From contig NIVC01002853.1 in the NCBI GenBank assembly GCA_002269645.1, positions 1 through 35,029 of the forward strand: a stretch of DNA of 35,029 nucleotides, read 5' to 3'. Source of the DNA: Macrostomum lignano. Lineage: Eukaryota. The translations under genes and the position numbers were made by a program. The notes beneath the pieces are model-generated. The model had not been told where the DNA came from and ran no database searches. It saw nothing but the letters and a program-made list of their open reading frames with translations. Positions 29,296 to 35,029 of this stretch are shown here, one piece after another. Position 1 is the stretch's first letter. Every line of letters starts with the position of its first letter.

Positions 29296-29512
29296 CTCAA
29301 CAACATTAAAATGTCGCCACCTTTGAGAGTGGGCAGTGAATTCTAGCTCAGTATTGACTTTTGAGTGACGCGACGCAGAGTTGGGCTGGGTGAGAAGGGA
29401 TTGTGAAGAGTGGAGGGCTTTTTATTATCAAAATGGTTGGCCAGGTGATAGACGCTGGTCGAAAGACACTGCTCACTGGGGCAAAGGGTGGCGACTATTC
29501 AATGTTGCTGAG
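29296..29512. mobile_element. Second copy of the 23918-24185 MITE family, opposite orientation, 217 bp
   Basis: CTCAACAACATTAAAATGTCGCCA ... TGGCGACTATTCAATGTTGCTGAG; internal blocks (gccacctttgagagtg, gccccagtgagca) match the first copy in reverse. Confidence 0.78.
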
Positions 29513-29520
29513 TGTACATG

Positions 29521-31098
29521 CCTTGACATCTCAGTAATTCCCCAGGAGCCTTCACATCTCAGTAATTCCCCATGAGCCTTAACATCTCAGTAATTCCCCA
29601 TGAGCCTTCACATCTCAGTAATTCCCCCGTGAGCCTTGACATCTCAGTAAGTCCTCCGGGAGCCTTGACATCTCAGTAATTCCCCAGGAGCCTTCACATC
29701 TCAGTAATTCCCCAGGAGCCTTCACATCTCAGTAATTCCCCCGTGAGCCTTGACATCTCAGTAAGTCCTCCGTGAGCCTTGACATCTCAGTAATTCCCCA
29801 GGAGCCTTCACATCTCAGTAATTCCCCAGGAGCCTTCACATCTCAGTAATTCCCCAGGAGCCTTCACATCTCAGTAATTCCCCAGGAGCCTTCACATCTC
29901 AGTAATTCCCCAGGAGCCTTCACATCTCAGTAATTCCCCATGAGCCTTCACATCTCAGTAATTCCCCATGAGCCTTCACATCTCAGTAATTCCACAGGAG
30001 CCTTCACATCTCAGTAATTCCCCATGAGCCTTCACATCTCAGTAATTCCCCAGGAGCCTTCACATCTCAGTAATTCCCCATGAGCCTTCACATCTCAGTA
30101 ATTCCCCAGGAGCCTTCACATCTCAGTAATTCCCCAGGAGCCTTCACATCTCAGTAATTCCCCAGGAGCCTTCACATCTCAGTAATTCCCCAGGAGCCTT
30201 CACATCTCAGTAATTCCCCAGGAGCCTTCACATCTCAGTAATTCCCCAGGAGCCTTCACATCTCAGTAATTCCCCATGAGCCTTCACATCTCAGTAATTC
30301 CCCATGAGCCTTCACATCTCAGTAATTCCCCAGGAGCCTTCACATCTCAGTAATTCCCCAGGAGCCTTCACATCTCAGTAATTCCCCAGGAGCCTTCACA
30401 TCTCAGTAATTCCCCAGGAGCCTTCACATCTCAGTAATTCCCCAGGAGCCTTCACATCTCAGTAATTCCCCAGGAGCCTTCACATCTCAGTAATTCCCCA
30501 TGAGCCTTCACATCTCAGTAATTCCCCAGGAGCCTTCACATCTCAGTAATTCCCCAGGAGCCTTCACATCTCAGTAATTCCCCAGGAGCCTTCACATCTC
30601 AGTAATTCCCCATGAGCCTTCACATCTCAGTAATTCCCCAGGAGCCTTCACATCTCAGTAATTCCCCAGGAGCCTTCACATCTCAGTAATTCCCCAGGAG
30701 CCTTCACATCTCAGTAATTCCCCAGGAGCCTTCACATCTCAGTAATTCCCCAGGAGCCTTCACATCTCAGTAATTCCCCAGGAGCCTTCACATCTCAGTA
30801 ATTCCCCATGAGCCTTCACATCTCAGTAATTCCCCAGGAGCCTTCACATCTCAGTAATTCCCCAGGAGCCTTCACATCTCAGTAATTCCCCAGGAGCCTT
30901 CACATCTCAGTAATTCCCCAGGAGCCTTCACATCTCAGTAATTCCCCAGGAGCCTTCACATCTCAGTAATTCCCCAGGAGCCTTCACATCTCAGTAATTC
31001 CCCAGGAGCCTTCACATCTCAGTAATTCCCCAGGAGCCTTCACATCTCAGTAATTCCCCAGGAGCCTTCACATCTCAGTAATTCCCCAGGAGCCTTCA
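29521..31098. repeat. 28-bp minisatellite, ~56 copies
   Basis: Unit cttcacatctcagtaattccccaggagc, highly homogeneous, with no spacers. Confidence 0.97.
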
Positions 31099-31755
31099 AG
31101 AGCTTGCATAATATTGATTCATTGGGAAAAAACTATATAAGTGTAATGCAGCGCATTACGCGACCCTAGCCCAGCTGTCAAACATTATTAGGATTTATTT
31201 TCAAAGCAATTTCTCTGGCCAGAATAATGATTAGCATCGAATTGTAACAGAATATTTGCGTGTCCCTGTGCGTCCCGAAAGTGCACCGAGTACTAAACAC
31301 TTGATCCCTTGGATTTCGGGGAGTTTAGTGATCTTTGCGTGGGAGAAAGTGAACCGAATCGAACAGCTCGTATTAAATTTCTAATCGATAGTTATGCGAG
31401 GTTTGCCTGCTAATTAGCCGCTGTTCTACCTGTAATTTTCACCATCTAGAAAGAGCAGACAGTTCTCAAATATACAGTTACGGGAGCTTGAGTTCCATTG
31501 GCAATTAGTGGTTGTCGATGTGCCGAGAATATAAAGTACCAAATTTCTAGCCCTTTTTGACACCGCAAACCCAGCGAATCCCGGATGGAACTGGATTTGA
31601 TATTTGTCTCGCTTATAGATAGAATCAATTTTCTCTTATCGGATATTTATCCTGTCGTGAGGGTATATATAGGCATTAAAACACGCTGGCAACCACTAGC
31701 AAGGAGTGCAGTACTTTGCCTTGTTGCCACGAATTAGTCATTCTATACCATCCCA

Positions 31756-31999
31756 ATGAGATCGCCTTTGCTGCTGGTAATTGTATCGCTTCTTCTACTA
31801 GGAGAAGCCGCAGAAATTGCCCGGGCTCTGCGCCTCGCCGTGCTGGCTGAGCCGGGGCTGCTGCAGCCGGGTCTGGTGCAGCGAGTCGTCGACAGGCGGG
31901 TCAACCAGAACCCGCTGCTGTTCCCCAGCCTCGGCGAGTCCAACCCGCTCACCTGCCAGCTCGTGTCCGCTGACGACTCCGTCTTGGCTGTGCAACAGA
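31756..31999 (+). CDS. First coding exon of a probable ionotropic glutamate receptor (signal peptide plus start of ANF/LIVBP-like amino-terminal domain); remaining exons lie beyond the window
   Basis: Signal peptide MRSPLLLVIVSLLLLGEAAEIARA, then LRLAVL..., VVDRRVNQNPLLFP and CQLVSADDSVLAVQQ, resembling the kainate/AMPA ATD pattern (INRNRTLLP...DSFEASKKAC). Donor A|GTGAGA at 31999/32000. Another ANF-domain receptor cannot be excluded. Confidence 0.5.
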
Positions 32000-32443
32000 G
32001 TGAGACATCTATGCAGAGCTTACCAGCAACAGCTGTTGTTTATCTATGGCCAGTCAGGGAATCCTAAAGACCTGGAAGTGACACTGCAATATTCAGGCCC
32101 TCCAGGCCGGTCCAACCCAGGCCGATAACTTTTTTGGGAGAGAGGACAAAGAGGAAAAACATTTTCTTGCAGGGGCTAGTAAAGCGACTCGAAAAAGGGA
32201 GGAACGAAGGATAGAGAAGGGGTTGAGTGGACTGAGAGGATAGAGAGTGCAGAGAAAATCACTGTCCAAATAAAGACTGATTCAATATGAAAGGAGCGCA
32301 TTGTACATGAGTGTACGAATTCTAAACATGATGACGCACTGTTGAATGCACACATAACTCTTATGCCCCTATCGAGCTGCATTTAAGTAAGCTTTCGTGT
32401 GTTCATAATCAAACTGAATATCCTCTCATTTGCAAGCATCATA

Positions 32444-35029
32444 ATGGGTTACAAGTGCTGTGTATTTGGCTGCAAATCTGGCTACGCGTCGCAGAAGACA
32501 GAAAATGTGAGCTATTATGCTTTTCCTAAAGACACCAACTTGCGACAGCGCTGGCTTCGCGCCATTCCAAATGCTGATTTAAATGCTTCCGAATTTCAAC
32601 GCGTCTGCTCGAAGCATTTCACTGAATCAGATTTCGTGAAGAGTTCATCGGATGCGAATCAACGCCGGAAGAAACGACGCTTTTCTGCATCTGATTCAAA
32701 GCTGCATCTGATTCGACTCAAAGACGATGCAGTTCCATCTCAATTTGAAGGCTTGCCGAAATACCTGAGCAAGCCAATTACGCAGGTAAGAAGTCAAAAT
32801 GCCACTTCCGCTGCGCGCTTCATGGGAGACCAAGTCCGCTTAGATGAGGAAATCAGCGACTTTTTTGGCTCCGACGAGTTGTGCGATTTCAGCGATTTGA
32901 TTCAAAAGCTGGAACAAGCGACGATTCCCTCTGGATTCGTCAGAAGTAAGGAAGCAGATTCAGTCTCGTTTTACTTGATAACAAGATCTGACTCGATTTC
33001 AGCTCCTTGTCTGCTTGCCTCTATGACAGTACTGCAGGACCTTACCTTCCAAGTCTTCATCTCTGGCCTTTCTTGCTCTGATAGCATGTTTAAACACCTG
33101 CTCAAAGATGACTCGCTACATGTGCGTCAGCTTTCGACTTTAGAAAACATGTTAGCCTTGATTAAGTCTTCGGCTACTGTTGCTGTTGACTCTCGCAATT
33201 CAAATGTGTCGTCTGCATTTGTTGAAGGCGTTTTAAAAGTCTACCTCGAATCTTTGAGTGATGATTCTGAACTGAGCAGCAATGTCAATTTCTTAGCTGA
33301 ACAGTTCTCACTGATTCATCAAAAAGTATCTGCTCGACGATATTCACCATCAACAACTGTGTTTGCGTACTTGATCTTTTCGACAAGTCGTGCCGCCTAT
33401 AAGGCAATCCTAGAAAATGGTGCCCTCTGCCTACCATCTGTAAGAAGCCTTGTCAGGCTAAATGCTGTTCTTTCGAAGGAGCCTGGAGTGGTTGAGGAAA
33501 TGTACCTGCAGTTGAGGACAGAGTCACTGTCTAGCAGAGAGAAGCACGTTGTGCTCATTATTGATGAGGTCGCAACAGCTAAAAGAATCGAGTTCAATTG
33601 CGACTCTGCTTACGGCCTTGCGAGTGACGGTAAAATGACCTCCTCAATTCTTGCCTTTCTAATCAAGTCCGTCGGCGCATCCTATCAGGATGTTGTCGGT
33701 CTATTTCCTGTTAACTGCTTGACCGCTCTGGACTTATGCAACATGGCCAAGGAAGTGATTGCGGCTGTCACAAAGAGTGGATTTGAAATTGTTGCATTGT
33801 CCTGTGACAACTCCTCTGTCAACCGAAAGTTTTACTCAATGTCAGCTGTACCTGAACATGGGCTGTCTATGCGACATCCATGTGACGATCAGAAAGAAAT
33901 CTTCTTGCTGATGGACACTACTCACAACATTAAAAATGTGTATAACAACTTTCAGAGACGAGGTGTATTTCACTGTCCAGCGTTCGACAATTGCAGCAAC
34001 TTTGTGGCAAGGTTCAGTGATGTTGAGGCTATTTTTGAAATTGAAAGAGTCAGTCGTCAAAGATTGCCTTCCGTCTGTCGGAGAAGGTTTTACGTCCTCT
34101 TAATGTCGAGAGAACTAGTGCTTCACTGGCTGCAGCTGTGTTCGATGACACAACAGTTTCTGCACTCAGACTGTATTCAAGCACAAAGAGCACGGAGGTA
34201 GACACTTCAACGTTCAATAGCACAGCCAATTTCTTGTCCATGATCAGGAAGCTGTGGGCAATATTGAATGTTCGAACGCCATTCGCCGGTCAACAATTAA
34301 GAAGACCGGAAAGTGAGCCGCAAACTAATATGCAAGACTGGCAGCTCCAGTACCTTGCTGACTTTGTTGGCTTCCTAAAGAAGTGGCGAGCGTATCAACA
34401 GGCGCAGATGGTCTGACAAACGAGACATTTGGCAGCCTCATTCAAACATGCTCAGCCATTCCACTATTGTGTGCGAAACTTTTTTCTACTGGCCACTTTG
34501 ACTACATTCTGCTGGGAAAGTTGTTGTCCGATCCTCTTGAAAGGCAGTTCGGAAAGTACAGGCAGATGTCCGGCGGATTGTATTTTATCAGTGCAAAGCA
34601 GGTCGTTCAGTCCGAGAATAAACTTAGAATGACTTCATTGCTTAAGCACTCGGAAATAGACTTGCTACGCTTAAAGAAGTCTTTCATGAAGGATGTTGAG
34701 CAGGAAGACACTGACGTTAGTCTAAGAGCAGCAGAAATCTTCGCTGATGTGTCAGATGAGCCATGCATGACCTTGCGCAGTAACGAGATGGGCTGTTTGA
34801 ACGTGATGTTCTACATAGCAGGTTACCTTTCAAAGTCCATCAGCAAGGATGTGCTGATTGTAGAGAATTTTGGTGAGCGAAGACAAGGTCCCTCCAATGG
34901 AAGTGACTCTCGACGATGCTCCTAATCGTGATTTCCTAGTTCGACAGTCATCACGGGAGGACTGTGCTGTCCATCGGATTCTGCTTTCGTTCTCTGCATG
35001 ACAGCGTTCAATTCGTTTGAGCTCATCAA
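32444..35029 (+). mobile_element. P-element-superfamily (THAP-domain) transposase, frameshifted, running off the window end
   Basis: THAP C2CH domain (MGYKCCVFGC...AFPKD..LRQRW...VCSKHF); VVLIIDEV, VALSCDNSSVN, LLMDTTHNIKNVYNNF, SDPLERQFGKYRQMSGG and a late RGGLCCPS block. Frame changes near 34050, 34385 and 34850-34960. Confidence 0.9.

Noticed and set aside
29521-31098. CRISPR-like look of the 28-bp array (also the 32-bp arrays at 13845-14472 and 27428-27652)
   Set aside because: Units are head-to-tail with no unique spacers, there are no cas genes, and the context is eukaryotic.
32327-32334. CATGATGA, identical to the first 8 nt of the Drosophila P-element TIR, 117 bp before the THAP ATG
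   Set aside because: Only 8 nt, the match stops there, and the other end is outside the window, so it cannot be verified.

Overview
Eukaryotic (metazoan, invertebrate) genomic DNA: GC-rich exons with GT-AG introns, AT-rich intergenic DNA, and about 7.5-8 kb (about 22%) of micro/minisatellite arrays. The style resembles the free-living flatworm Macrostomum, but that is inference only. Manually spliced gene models: a USP36-like deubiquitinase (+, 6814-9819, 2 exons), a divergent six-exon STAT (+, 11976-17593, 688 aa, all intron phases close), an orphan class-A GPCR (-, 19161-20948), an apparently truncated angiomotin-like gene (+, 25126-27059) and the first exon of a probable ionotropic glutamate receptor (+, 31756-31999), followed by a frameshifted THAP/P-element-family transposase (32444 to window end). 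Transposon debris includes an interrupted mariner (191-3190), two hAT MITEs, a pair of TA-flanked MITEs and a 153-bp palindrome. Most striking observations: (1) nine near-perfect RFX X-box palindromes (GTTGCCATGGTAAC) at about 72-bp spacing inside the USP36 coding exon; (2) every intron of the STAT, GPCR and angiomotin models carries its own unrelated tandem array starting 4-71 nt after the donor; (3) an angiomotin that seems to stop after its first coiled-coil. All assignments come from motif recognition by eye; no database search was run.
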